NCBI RefSeq assembly: GCF_001194135.2
Contig: NC_068984.1
Span: 33,807,282-33,871,281 of the forward strand
Direction of reading: 5' to 3'
DNA from: Octopus bimaculoides
Taxonomy: Eukaryota
Length of the DNA: 64,000 nt
The notes under the pieces are model-generated. The model had not been told where the DNA came from, did not search any database, and was given only the letters and a program-made list of their open reading frames with translations. Positions 51,092 through 64,000 of this stretch are shown here, piece after piece; position 1 is the stretch's first letter; each line of letters opens with the position of its first letter. Made by a program: the position numbers and the translations under genes.

Positions 51092-52632
51092 GAAATGGGC
51101 ACATAAAATGCTGTAATACATTATTCAGACAATAAACACTGATTGATAAAAGTATAACTGAAGTGTTTTTCCGGTATTTAAATGCATTTTTAATGGTGGG
51201 AAAAAATGACTTCAAGGTTCCGCAAACGTATTATTTTTCATGGTACAACAAGGTTACAAAGTACGGGAAATAAAGTAAATTTATCTTGCGTCGGTTTCAA
51301 GGATAGATATTCTAGTTGCTAGATCAACTGAAATGCAGCTTCATTCAATTAACGTGTAAATGACTGAGTACACTACAGACTCGTATACTGTTTCACTACT
51401 TCCATTGATCCAAAGCTTATAACAGTCAAACTTGCCTAAGACGTCAAGCAATAAGATTGAAAGTGTAACCTCGTCGTTACACTTGGCAATTCGGTGATAC
51501 CTGCGTTATGTGTATTGTCAGGAATAGTACAGAGAACACATGAAAGTATCACTAGCATAAGCTGCATTATGCATGCGTTCAGCATTATGTATGTGATCAA
51601 CTTCCATATGTATCATGTATCGATTCTATCCAGCTACAAATTGTTATTCTTTAACTCCAGGTTTTTCCGATCGAGATGATTTATAATCAAAACGATTTTA
51701 ATTGTGCCCATCTCATCTCATTTTATATAAAGGAAAGTATTAACCAATTTGTCCTTCTTTAAGATTGTAAGATGAGACCTGTAGATGTTTGGTTGTTATT
51801 TCAAGCATACACCCATTTGTAGTAATTGGTCTTATCATTTAGCTTTAAATCAAAACTGATCCTGAAAAAATTATGATCGAAGGCGATCGGCCTTGATCGT
51901 TTTTTCACGTAGATATGAATATACTGATACATATGATCTTCCATTTTCAAGCCTGTAATATATTATTCTAGAGATTCAGCGACTTTTTCACAAAATATTT
52001 AGCGATCACGCAGTACTCTCATTGGCTCGTGGTTATGGCATGTTGTAATTCGTAAAAACAATTAACAGTTAAGGATGCTAGTTTTACATTTTTGAGCAGC
52101 CATACATTTACAACAGTTTCCATCTAAATACATTCTGAAGTTAATATGTTTTTTGTCAGAGATAATTTCTTTAATATCGCTGAACATTGTGATAACAAAA
52201 AAAAAATGATGATGAATAGAATGTTTTAATCTGTGAAATATATTTGTATATACATATAAATGGGGATAAATTTAATTTTGCCAGTATTGAAAACAAATCT
52301 TGACAACCAAATTAATATTATTCTGAAGTATATCAACGAGTAATGATGAGGTGTTTCCTTCTTACATTAAATCTGAATTGCGCTTGGAAGTGGAAAAGTA
52401 AAATATTTCTTAAAAACAAAAAACACATTAATTAACTTAAGACATGAAAACAAATAAAACCAGTAGTTACATATTTAACTGAATTTCGTTTCTGAGATTG
52501 TTTTGAAGAAAAATATTAAATAAATTGTTATCTTGCTAAACAAAACACCATGTTAACTATATGCTTGGGAAATTAAATTACTATAAAACATACAATTTAT
52601 AAAATGGTGCTTCGAGGAAGAAGAAATCAGCA

Positions 52633-52697
<65 letters not shown>
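52633..52697. repeat. (TAA)n microsatellite
   Basis: Read directly. Confidence 0.95.
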
Positions 52698-52699
<2 letters not shown>

Positions 52700-54129
52700 G
52701 TAAAATAAAGAAAATGATGACAAAGAGCAAGAAAATATAGTACCCATTAAGCAGTATCTTTGGTAGAAGACAGACTGTCTGTATCGTTTGAAACGAAATC
52801 TATTGGTAATTTATGGAGAAAAGTAGATGAAAAATCAATTATGTCAAAAAGCCTATCCAATGAAACAATTTTTAATACAGTTTACTTTTTTGGCAATTCA
52901 TGTTATATAAATATTGTTTTAGCGAGTTGACTGGTATTTCATTTAAATCGCTAGGTGGCGCGAGTACGTCATTTAAAGATCGTTATACAATAGTATTTGT
53001 TTTGTGTGTCATATCGAGATATAATAATGGCTAAATGCATAATATTTTGTATATTAATCGGAAAAAAAACATCAATTTGTTCTTTTCTTAAACCACAAGC
53101 ATCGCTGCAAAAGAACAACACTCAGAATCTTTAGTTCTGCCGTCATAGAAGAGGAGATTAAAGGAGAATCACTCGATGAGAGAAAATATAGATAAATGCA
53201 GACATTCGATATTCTTATATGTGTGTTTATAGGCGATAGGGTTAGTATAACAGATAGCTCAACTAATGAAAAATAATGACACTCAGTCCAAATACATCTT
53301 TTTCCTAAGCATCTTAACTATGTTTCTAACAGATAAACCTAAGATTTATTTGTAGGTATGCATATTTGTATGTGTATGCATGTGTGTGCGTGTGTGTATC
53401 TCTTTTTTGTCTTTCTTGTCCGCTCGCTTATAACAGAGCAGCTTATGTTGCTGACATGACTACATTGAAAGATATTATCGTAAGGTATCGAAATTGTGAT
53501 GATTTGTGGTCGATAACTGCTTAGGAATTGAGCCTATCTACGTCCATATCGCTTGTTGCATTTTCTTTGTGATCTTGCTGAGCCGTAGTTTTATATATAT
53601 ATATATACTTTATTTGTGGGTTCATAAGGCAACCAATTGTTTCTTGTAAGATATCTTCACAATTGTTCAAGCATACAAAATAGAAATGTTGGTGCTCGTC
53701 TGCATGTCAATCGGATGTCCATTTTATAGCTTTTCACGAAGTAATCGTACAACGGTTTTCTTTTTGTTCACAAATATAACTTTGAACCACTGGCATTGGC
53801 GTTTGTTACTGTATTAATAAGAGAGTCCCTGTTCGTAAGAAATAAGTTCCCTGAGACCACACTTATCAGATTGAGATATCTCAATAGCAATTAGGTAAAA
53901 CAGACGAATTGATCAGTTTACATTTGGTTTTCTTTTTAAACCGTGTAATCACTTGATAATAGCTACGTTACATTTTCATTGATGCACGCTCATAACACTG
54001 CAAATCTTAAAAATAACAGCGTCCAAAATATATTTTGCCTACATACATGCATGCATACATACATACATACATACATACATACATGGTGGAACACCACTCA
54101 TGACGTAATAAGACCCGTTTCACTCAATG

Positions 54130-55540
54130 AAATTTCTCTAAGTTATTCCTCCCATCGCTAATGACGTCTCATACGGCATCTTAGACTTAGCGATCTTTTC
54201 ACACCGACCACAATTCAACCTCCCAGAAACAGCCCGACCACCTGAATGTTTGGGCCTACAATGCCGAATGAATCAACTAGACGATCATGCACTCTGCTAT
54301 GCATGGTGTACGAGAGGACATGCAGGATGTCATATTGGTAGACGGGGGCGCCTCTGTGACAATGCTTGTAGTTGAGTAGATCTTCTTTGTGAAGTAGACA
54401 CGACCACACTGCTCACATGAAAGGGATTCTTTGGTGCCTTTAACAGGAAGAGGAGTCACATCTTCCATATATTTACCAACACTTCTCACTTCAGTATATG
54501 CAACCCTGTTATTCCCGAATACTTTATCACGAGAAGCAATCAGATTTCTTCTCAGCTTTCTATTTGATGTAAGATCGTTCTAAGTGTTAGTATTGATAAT
54601 GATCTTTACAATTGTGTCCTCAAGATTGTCTTTGAAACGCAACGTTTACCTGGCTTGCACAGGAGAAATTTTCCGAGTTCCAGTTCACCATACAACACCT
54701 GTTTTTCCATGCTAGTCTCATCTAAACGGAGAAGATGGCCAGAATGTTTAAGTTGGTATCTCAAGATATTTGTTATCTTCGCCAGCTGCAGTACACGCCT
54801 ATCAGTTACATGAGACGACTTTGAGATTTTCGAGATATTATGCAAATATCACTGATTGAAACGCTGGAGCCACTGGATATACCTACAGTAAAATGTCCAG
54901 GTCTCCCATATACATACAACAGAACTACTAAGTCATATGTTTGATAGACCTCGACTTACTTGGCTGCCTTGAAGTCCGTTTGTAACCGGAGCCTCAATTC
55001 AAACTTTCCAAATGCATCAAAGTCTATAACTGAGTATTAAATCTAGATAGTATGCTACCAGGATCTACTATTTTTAATTGTTAGCCTTGATGTATATCGA
55101 CCATGGCATATATGGCTTGCCTGCTGTTGGTTGTAACATGACTACTGTCTTCTTAAGGCTGACTGTAAGTTCAAATTCATTACACGTGGCTAAAAAGCCG
55201 TGATTTGGAGCTGCAGGTCTTCTTCAGTGCAGGGTGCGAGATCGGAGTAAGGACGTTTACAAATGAGAGCCATGAACGCTTTTGTTATTGTAGTAAACCG
55301 ACGGATGTTGCAAAGTTTACACGTCGAGCAGTAACGGATGCAGACACTGGCATCGTTATGCGTTATGGCTGATTGCGTTGGGTTCAGTGTTGTGCAACCG
55401 TTTATCCAATCAAAACATATCCACACATAGAAACTTCTTTGACGCTCGGAACAATTCACGGATATGCGAAAAAACTTGCAACTGAAGCATACACGCCTTA
55501 CAAGTTTGGAGTATGTAATTGCTAACCTATACGCAAGCAG
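54130..55540 (-). mobile_element. RTE-clade LINE, RT to C-terminal zinc-finger-like motifs
   Basis: 55190..55543 (CNIRRFTTITK...TEEDLQ..ITAF), 54606..54845 ([11 protein letters not shown]...[12 protein letters not shown]...KPGKR), CEQCGR and CGRCEK motifs near the 3' end. Confidence 0.8.
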
Positions 55541-55559
55541 CATGGGACAGTGATCAATT

Positions 55560-56490
55560 CATCTTCAAATGTGGCAATGGAGTGGTTCGTCAGCAGCCCG
55601 AGGAGTGACAAAACAGCTCCTTTTAGAGATAGCACTGCTCGTCTACTGGCCAGAGGGGCCTAGGAAACGAAGTCTAAACAACGCTTTCCACAACCGAGCT
55701 GGTCAGTACATCGCGGATTGCGATTATTCGCTAAGGCAAGCGAAATACAAATGTTCAAGAAACCCTTGCGTTAAATCATGAACAAATACCATCTTCAAAA
55801 GAAAAACTCAATTTCAAGATCAAAGTGATGGAATGTAATTAGATTTTTAGACTTGCCAGAATCCGCATACACTGAGCACTGTACCACTTTTACATGTAGA
55901 ACATGTTCTTCATATAACCTCGATATAACTGCACCCTCAAAAGCGAGGTTTTTTCATGACGGCCAGTTAAAAGAACAAGAGTCTGGCTACACCTTACTTT
56001 ATAAGGAGTGGTCAAACAATTTACGTCGGTGTTTGCTTTGGTGTTAAAACCCACTTGGGGAATCATTTAACAGAGCTTCTTCGCTGCTTCTCTCAAGTGT
56101 AATGACAATATGGTTCCAACTCCTCTTGAAACACTTCAAGACAGTGATCGCTGTTATGCACCAACTCTTGTCAGTCTCTTGGGTGAAATAAACGTTTCTC
56201 CTTCTTTTGCACGCGGGTGATTAAAAAAACATTTGTGAGAAATGTTGATAAAAATGACAAACTTGTATGTCTGAGGGATTTAAATCCCCGTTTAGGATAG
56301 TGATTCTATATTTTTGGAGTAGCATAGGAAATCACGGAATAGTAATAAGCAACGCAAATAGCCAACTCTTCATAAAGCTGTGCCAGGAGTAGAAATTAAT
56401 GATAGTCAAAACTTAGTTCAGACAAAAGAGTAAATATAAGGATACTTGGAAGTATCTACGTTCAGGCTCCGTGACATTCTCGATTGTACA
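55560..56490 (+). mobile_element. RTE-clade 5' region and AP-endonuclease domain, opposite strand to the RT
   Basis: WNV..FLD..ESA.TE, YNLDITAPSKARF.HDGQLKEQESGYT, GVCFGVK, CYAPTL, DKLVCLRDLNPRLG, FRQKSKYKDTWKYLRSGS. Confidence 0.8.
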
Positions 56491-56494
56491 TACA

Positions 56495-56528
<34 letters not shown>

Positions 56529-56574
56529 CATACATACATACATACATACGTACATGCATGCATGCAGGCAGGCA

Positions 56575-56608
<34 letters not shown>

Positions 56609-56690
56609 CACACATACATACATACATACATACGTACATGCATGCATGCAGGCATACATACATACATACATACACACATACATACATACA
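56487..56690. repeat. (TACA)n tract with internal higher-order duplication
   Basis: The variant block catatatac...cgtacatgcatgcatgcaggca occurs twice, about 80 nt apart. Confidence 0.9.
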
Positions 56691-56759
56691 TTCCAAACTT
56701 AGAAATATATGGCAGTCAGAAATCTCATCTTACAAATCCTCTCCACAGACGTCTAAACC

Positions 56760-57870
56760 CGCAAGATAACGGCATAAACTGGAAATCTCCATAGAAATAG
56801 TGATATCAACAGGCTCTACCTAAGAACAGATAAAGGAGGTGGCGGCTTGAGGTCAATACAGGTAGTTTTAGAATGTCGTATAGCCTCCCTCAAAGAGCAT
56901 TTGCTAAAACCAGCAGGAAAAATAAGCGCATTAACTTAGTGATGTAAAGTGAATTGAACAATATCCTACGTGTCAGGAACGAGCTCTTCAGGAAGCACTC
57001 TCTCCTTAACTTCCCATACAATCCTAAAGCAGCCGGACTAACATGCCTGAAAGAAGGGTTGGAAGTAAAACGTTCAGCACATAACATAACGACTATGCAT
57101 GGGCTTGTTTCTCGTAGACTTGAAGACGACAGTAATATCAACATAATGCAAAGCTACTCTCGCATTCGTGACAGCCACCTCACATCACACTTCGAAGGCT
57201 ACGATACATTTGCAATCCAAGAACAGGAGATTGCTATTAAATACCAAATAAACAAAAGAGACAGCGAAGCCTTTGGAAATCTTAGATACAACCGAAAATG
57301 TTGATTATGTCATATAACTGTGGAAGGCATTACATACGTAATAAGCGGCTGCCCAAGAGTGTCATCAAGGTATTACCTCTCTCTGTGACAGGACAGTTTT
57401 TGCAAAAACAATAATACAATGCCATGCGGAAAAAAGATTGTAGAGGAGTAGAGAGCTTCCCTCCTACTGTTATTGAATGCGCACACAAACGTCAACAAAA
57501 GGGAGATACTGGTGAGGAGTTTCCATCAAAACACCTATCAAGTATAAGCCTAACTGGCCGGATATTGTTGTTCGGGACAGACAAGAAGAATTATATACCG
57601 TCATAGAGGTCAGCTGTCCTACTGATGTGAATATCTCGTTGAAAATCAGAGAATAAGAGGATTACTAGGATAACTGCTTCAAAACCCCCAACTTCAATAT
57701 CCTAATTATAAATTTACATTTATACCAATAATAATCTGTACACTTGGTTTTGTGAGTAAATGCTTAAGTAAGAATCTGGGGAAACAAGGGTTTCTAGAAA
57801 AAGAAGTCGACTCACTAACTCGCACACTACAAAAACAATCTGTAAGTGGAACAGTAAAATGTAACATTAT
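56760..57870 (+). mobile_element. Decayed REL-type non-LTR retrotransposon (distinct family): post-RT region to REL domain
   Basis: GNLHRNSDINRLYL...GGGGLRSI, MHG, FEGY..AIQEQEI, RKC*LCH...ITYVISGCP (CCHC), then REL-like IEVSCP.D.NI and FIPII..LG.V motifs across frameshifts. Confidence 0.75.
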
Positions 57871-60682
57871 TTTCGTTATCTATATTTCACCTGTAGAGTT
57901 TTGTACCTTTGTTAGAATTTAGCTACTTCTTCAGAGCAAATATTTTAATAATCAAAAACAGTTGAGATCATACATACCTTCATTTCGCCCGAGGGCAAAA
58001 CATCGAAGCAAACTATATCCACCAAAATTTTGACAACATAAAACTAGGCAAGTCGTACATATAAGAAAAACTACTGTGCTATTTTTTTCTATTTGCTGAT
58101 GGTGATATGGCAACTAAAAATACCATCGCTTCAGAGGGAAAAATTGTATTTATTCTAGTATTAATATTTGTATTTCTAAATATATTTCGCTTGAATACCC
58201 TTATGTATATCAGATTACATTATTATTATGTTTGTGCATTATGCTAAGATCACTCTGTGTTTCTACAATGGAAAGGCATATTGAATGACTTACTAAGAAA
58301 TATCTGTATGTAATATTTGTGGATACATCGCAACAAACTATATGCAAAATACATGAATAAAACTACTTGGGGAAAATAAAATAAAATAGAGGCGATACAG
58401 TCGAAAATTCTATTTCTAAATTAATATAAAACTGTACGAACACACACATATATATGTAAGAGGAGTATGTTTATAAATATATACAGAAATTATATTTGTC
58501 TATGCAAATATATCGATTTATAATATAAGACGCAGAACAAACAAGTTGTTCATTTCTACCTTGAAGGTGAATTGCCAGGATTTAATCTTTCAGAAAATAT
58601 GATTTGTTGAATTATATCTTCAAGATGGTTTATTTCTATTGTAAATTGAACAAGTTCTATATAAGTTTTGCCCTTAAGATGAGCATCTATATATTTAATT
58701 CGACACTGTTTTAAGCTATTTTCGTTTATATTCTTTCCCATGACCATCATATTACTGCCAATTGTTTAACAGATCGGATATATATTTACATCTAGAGGAT
58801 TTTATAACAACTTATCTCTCACTTTGGCAGGTTTACTAACTATTTACATCATGTTTAAGAAGAATCTATTTTTATGTGTGTTATCTATAAATGTATTTTT
58901 GGACAGAGTTGACAAGAACTGTGGACTGTTAGACTAAATATATTACAGAATTTAGTTTTGATCCACTCATCCAACTTATCTACCTCTCCGACTTCGATAA
59001 AACAAATAACAGTAATATTGAGCTGCATTTTGATAAATCACCTAGCGCAAGAAATAGCTTTGCCTGCTCCTATAAAGATAAAGGATCCGCTATTTGGCTA
59101 CTCAACATGCTAGAAATAGTAAGCAAATGTTTCTCAAACCAGACTTTGCTGTTTCAAAACCAGAAAGAATATTTAATCATGTAATTTTACATATATTTAG
59201 TCTGAAAATAAAATACGATGGTTACCACAGATTGAATGCTTTTGGATACAATTATGTTTCACCAGGGCTGTCGAGGAAATAAATTGTAATAACAAGACAG
59301 GAAAATTGAATTGAACTTTAGATTAGCATATCGATGTATAAAAATAGCCGTATATATTCCATGAATTCTTTGAAGTTTTATATGAATGGATAATCATTAG
59401 AATCTGAATTAGTTTCAGGCCTAAATAGGGCCAGTTCAAGTTTCGTTTTTTACCTCATCTTACGGCACACAATACCGGTTTGAGATTGCTCGGCCTGCTA
59501 GAAGTAACGACCTAATTTCCTCTAAATTATACTTTGCTATCTTCGAAAAGAGGAGACACGGGATGATGTCATCCTAGGGACAGTAATATTTTAAACTTGA
59601 GAAACAGTAGGGCTGTCACAACTGGAATCGCTTTTGATCATCGTTCTGCTACTTTTATGTAGCGATTGAACACTCTGACGAATATCTACGACAAAATTTT
59701 CCTGTGTTTTTGTTTCTCATTATGCTGATATATTGAAAAACATGACATCAATATTGTCGTTTCGGATGCGAATATTTTGCTTTTCTTCTGTATTTTTCTT
59801 ACGTCTCCTATCAGCCATGATCGAGAATACTTTTGATTAAAAGTATAGAAGCCATAACCATACCCAAACCTTTTTTTCTTCAATATGTATTCATACACGA
59901 TATGTAAATATAAGATCCAAAGATCTAAGTGTAGCAAGTGTGTAAGCTTCGCGCAGTCCGTGGTAGTTGTAAAGCAACAACGTTAGAATCAATAATAATT
60001 TAATGTTGAAGATTGTAGGCTTTTCGATACGCTGAAAAATAATCTTTTATGGTTTACGGTTAGCAAATTCAGTCGCTATGAATGCGAATAAAAATTCAAA
60101 TTAAGGGACTGAAGCATGTAAAATTCAGGCTACATATTTTTCCTAGCTAGTAGATACTCTGACATCTAAGAACACCGTATCCATTAGTTGAGCTAAGTTT
60201 AATTTGCTGCAAATTTACCAATTTCATGTCAATTTCTATCAGAGAAAGCAGCCAGCCAGAGGATTCCTCGCCAAAGATTTTCGTTTCGCCTTTTATGCAC
60301 AATATTATTACTCTAAGGTGCAAAATTTTCCAACGTGTCACGTACGAACCATTATCTGTACATGCCATGAATTGTTCAAAAAAATTCTTCAATAGATATA
60401 TTTCCAAGTTCATAACTTTTAAAAGCATAGCTGTACTATATTATATCTGTTCCACATTTTCAATATCTCTACACCTCAGACTCCAACAGTTTCTTGGTAT
60501 GCTTCACAAATCCTCTACATCGAAGGCCTAAATCTCACTAACATACAGCATATTTATAGAACTATATNNNNNNNNNNNNNNNNNNNNNNNNNNNNNNNNN
60601 NNNNNNNNNNNNNNNNNNNNNNNNNNNNNNNNNNNNNNNNNNNNNNNNNNNNNNNNNNNNNNNNNNNNNNNNNNNNNNNNNN

Positions 60683-60713
<31 letters not shown>

Positions 60714-60939
60714 TGTATGTATGTATGTATGTGTATGTATACATATATACACATATACATGTATATATATATATATGTATATACACACACAATGTACGTA
60801 CGAACACACATGTACACACGTGTATAATACATGTTGCGTGTATGCATGTATGTATGTATGTATGCACTTATGTATGAATGTATATATGTACGTATAACAT
60901 CACTATTGTGTGTTGCATACAATGGCTGGCCATAGTCGA

Positions 60940-61130
60940 AAATGACAAAACACTCATTAAATGAAGGCATGATTCAATGTGGGGAAATAACCTCTCTGGA
61001 TGACTGTTGTAAGAGGCCCCATCATTGACACATCTATGCAAAAGAGCATAGGTCTCCAGCAGGACCACAACCAAGCAGGTGAGGTTTAAAGGAACAATAC
61101 TGAGATGGCGCACATCGAAATGTATGTATG
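60940..61130 (+). mobile_element. Possible piggyBac catalytic-region remnant
   Basis: SLNEGMIQ and PQPSR*GLK loosely resemble S(I/V)DE.MI and KP.K.G.K motifs; weak. Confidence 0.22.
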
Positions 61131-61199
61131 TATATACACAAACACACACACACACACACACACAAACACACACATATACACATATCTCTATATACACAT

Positions 61200-61611
61200 A
61201 GGCGCTGGAATGGCTGTGTGATAAGTAGCTTGCTTACCAACCATATGGTTCCCGGTTCAGTCCCACTGTGTGGCATCTTGGGCAAGTGTCTTCTACTATA
61301 GCCTCGGGCCGACCAAAACCTTGTGAGTTAATTTGGTAGACGGAAACTGAAAGAAGCCCGTCGTATATCTATATATATAAATATGTGTGTGGGTGTGTGT
61401 GTGTATGTGTGCGTGTCTGTGTTTGTTCTCCTAGCAGTGCTTGACAACCGATGCTGGTGTGTTTATGTACCGTCACTTAGCGGTTCAGCAAAAGAGACCG
61501 ATATAATAAGTATTAGGCTTCCAAAGAATAAGTCCCGTGTTTGATTTGTTCGACTAGAGGTGGTGCTCCAGCATGGCCGCAGTGAAATGATTGAAACAAG
61601 TAAAAGAGTAA
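61200..61611 (+). mobile_element. Full-length composite SINE family A
   Basis: aggcgctggaatggctgtgtgataagtagcttgcttaccaacc..ggttcagtcccactg (tRNA-like head), then body, microsatellite and tail ending gaaacaagtaaaagagtaa. Confidence 0.9.
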
Positions 61612-61762
61612 TGAGAGATATGTAAATAAATAATATATATATATAAATATACACATATATATATATATATACATATAGACATATGAATATACATATAAGT
61701 ATACATATATACATATATATATATAGACACACACACACACATATATATATATTCGTATATAA

Positions 61763-61833
<71 letters not shown>

Positions 61834-61900
61834 TGTGTTCAGAAAGTAGCAGTGTACAATGTTATGCTCCTCCATTTTCAGTTTTCACCCTATGCTGTCC

Positions 61901-61901
61901 G

Positions 61902-61970
<69 letters not shown>
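61901..61970. repeat. (TAG)n microsatellite
   Basis: Read directly. Confidence 0.95.
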
Positions 61971-62147
61971 TATGTGTTTCCCGGCTTGCATTTGGGCTTC
62001 AGTTGCATATGAATAGATAATTTAAAAAATTGGAGTCAACAAAAAGGTGTACGATTGGACGTTTATTTTCAATCACTACAATGGTTTCTACCTAGTTCTC
62101 CAGGCATGCAGATACTTGATTATGCAACCATTTGCCTGCATTTTTCA

Positions 62148-62178
<31 letters not shown>

Positions 62179-62224
62179 GCGCGCGCATATANNNNNNNNN
62201 NATATATACATACGTACACACACA

Positions 62225-63059
62225 TACGAAGGGGGTTCCCAAAAGAAGCCGGAATTTTAAAACCTTATTTTATTCACTTAGCTTTACATGCTAACATACT
62301 GATAGCCATCAAAGTATTTTCCATGTGAAGTAATGCATCGGCCAGACGCGTTTTCCACTGTTCAGTAACAGGGCTGGCACTTGTGCGAAGTGATGCCTTT
62401 TAAAGCCTCCGTCTGTTTTTTCTTCACCTCTTATACATCTCTAAATTCCGTAAGCACCATCTTTCATCAACAGTGAAGACTATCCAAAATAGGTCAACTT
62501 CCAACTATTCTTTCAGTACACGACACGTATTCATTTGTGACTGCTTTTTTATCTTTCGTGAGCAAGTGAGATACAAATTTTGTGGCAACACTTTTCATTC
62601 GCAATTCCTCGCTCAAAATTCATTGGGAGGAACTCCAGGATACACAAATCATATCAGCAAATTCATTAATTGTTCAGTGACGGTCCTTCTATCCATCTAG
62701 ATCAGTTCATGAATTTTCATGATGTTTTCATTCATTCGGGATGTCGACGGTTGCCCTGAACGAGGTTGGTCTTCAAGCTACCAGTGACTATTCCTGAAGC
62801 TTAAAAACCACTCATAAACTTGTGTTTTGCCCATGGCAGCGACCTTGTAAACTCTTTAAAGCATGGCAACGAATTCGGAAACCGTTTTCTAGAAAACTGG
62901 GAAACAAAGAGGCACGACGTGGAAATACGACACACCCGACGACGCCGGTCTACAGACTGATGCCTGTGGGTTGCATCAATTGGCTTCTGCCGGCAGAAGA
63001 CTCAACTACAACGGGTTTGTCCCACAGTCCCACAGAGAACGTTTCTTTCGGGTAACTCC
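62225..63059 (-). mobile_element. Internally deleted mariner (Tc1/mariner) transposon with both TIR remnants
   Basis: Minus strand MGKTQVYEWF...LEDQPRSGQPSTS..NENI.KIHELI...EELRMKSVATKFVSHLLT...TVDERW, jumping to EQWKTRL..CITSHGKYFDG; TA+cgaagggggttcccaaaagaagcc at 62225 and a similar inverted ggagttacccgaaagaaac at 63041-63059. Confidence 0.85.
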
Positions 63060-63506
63060 NNNNNNNNNNNNNNNNNNNNNNNNNNNNNNNNNNNNNNNNN
63101 NNNNNNNNNNNNNNNNNNNNNNNNNNNNNNNNNNNNNNNNNNNNNNNNNNNNNNNNNNNNNNNNNNNNNNNNNNNNNNNNNNNNNNNNNNNNNNNNNNNN
63201 NNNNNNNNNNNNNNNCCAGGCAGACAAATACAACTTGCTTACGTGAACACATACATATTATACGTATACATAGAATTTATAGAAAATGAAAGTCAGCAAA
63301 GTATGTAATTCATTTAAAAATATTATTTCCCTTTTCTACATTGATTTGATGTCTGTTCTCTTTTCTTTTTTGTTTTGTCCATGTTTATTTCAGTGTTTTT
63401 ATTTCTATCCCATTACTTTCAGTAATAACTGAATTGAATCTTCATTCTCTGTATTTCAGAAATATAACCACCATTGTTATAGAAACTGAAGAGAAGTATG
63501 CATGTG

Positions 63507-63543
<37 letters not shown>

Positions 63544-63725
63544 GTGCGTGTGTGTGTGTGTGCGCGTGTGTGTGTTTGCTTGTGTGTACGGATATGTGTG
63601 TATGTGTGCGCGTGCAAACTCAGGCGCGCATGAATGTACAGAGAAATGTATGGTTGGGTTTATACGCATTATTCATACATGCATACATACATACATGGTT
63701 ACATATATAAATGCACGCACACAAT

Positions 63726-63794
<69 letters not shown>

Positions 63795-64000
63795 ATATAT
63801 ATTACACAGTTTGAGTGTCTATATATTTATATATTATCATTATTAATATTGTCTCAACATTCTTGTTTTGAATATGTTTATTGTGAATAATAATGAGATT
63901 AATAATAAGAATAAGAAAGCTAAATAATAAACATATTTAGATTTATTATTGTAATTCTAGTGGCTGCTGCATTTTCATAGTCCGATTTATAAAGTTATAA

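Larger units (their letters stand above)
11342..63215. other. Assembly gaps (N runs) at about 11342-11784, 12826-13266, 14124-14422, 21164-21409, 27838-27847, 28224-28528, 43016-43273, 46481-46591, 60568-60682, 62192-62201, 63060-63215
   Basis: Read directly; most abut microsatellites. Confidence 0.97.

Noticed and set aside
58556-58750. 64-aa minus-strand ORF ending near an AAG|GTAGAA donor-like site
   Set aside because: No recognisable homology or compatible neighbouring exon; cannot be supported from sequence alone.
60147-60531. Three overlapping 63-101 aa ORFs on both strands
   Set aside because: No motif recognised in any frame; likely decayed unique or repeat sequence.
11271-61270. 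tRNA-like sequences at 11271-11341, 25430-25503, 35140-35210 and 61200-61270
   Set aside because: They are SINE heads fused to SINE bodies and lack a full cloverleaf, so not called as tRNA genes.
902-63846. Many HT/YI/CV/MY-repeat, poly-T, poly-V, poly-S, poly-Y and poly-H ORFs
   Set aside because: Translations of microsatellites; no coding evidence.
1-64000. CRISPR arrays, rRNA genes, prokaryotic operons or viral (endogenous) genes
   Set aside because: No regularly spaced repeat-spacer array, rDNA sequence, dense coding block or viral motif was seen.

Overview
AT-rich eukaryotic DNA, very rich in microsatellites, with about 11 N-gaps, most abutting simple repeats (typical of a short-read draft assembly). 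The SINE repertoire looks like a coleoid cephalopod, most likely Octopus (recognised from memory, not by search). No intact host protein-coding gene could be identified, and most ORFs in the track are microsatellite or N-run artefacts. The window is mainly decayed mobile elements: R4/Dong-type REL non-LTR fragments (6.4-8.9 kb, 49.5-50.8 kb), a further REL family (56.8-57.9 kb), an R2-like C-terminal fragment outside rDNA (43.5-43.8 kb), a Penelope-like element (15-18.2 kb), CR1/L2-like and RTE LINE remnants, a two-LTR Ty3/Gypsy relic (33.8-36.9 kb) plus a second gag, a Helitron remnant, mariner and piggyBac remnants, several tRNA-derived SINE families and a ~0.5 kb foldback. The most interesting observations are a near-canonical minimal hammerhead ribozyme (46895-46931), the off-target R2-like fragment, chimeric or inverted LINE structures suggesting template jumping and twin priming, two strong hairpins, and a tentative chain of in-frame spliced exons at 2.0-5.8 kb. 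Boundaries of decayed elements are approximate (tens of bp). I found no convincing new multi-gene system.
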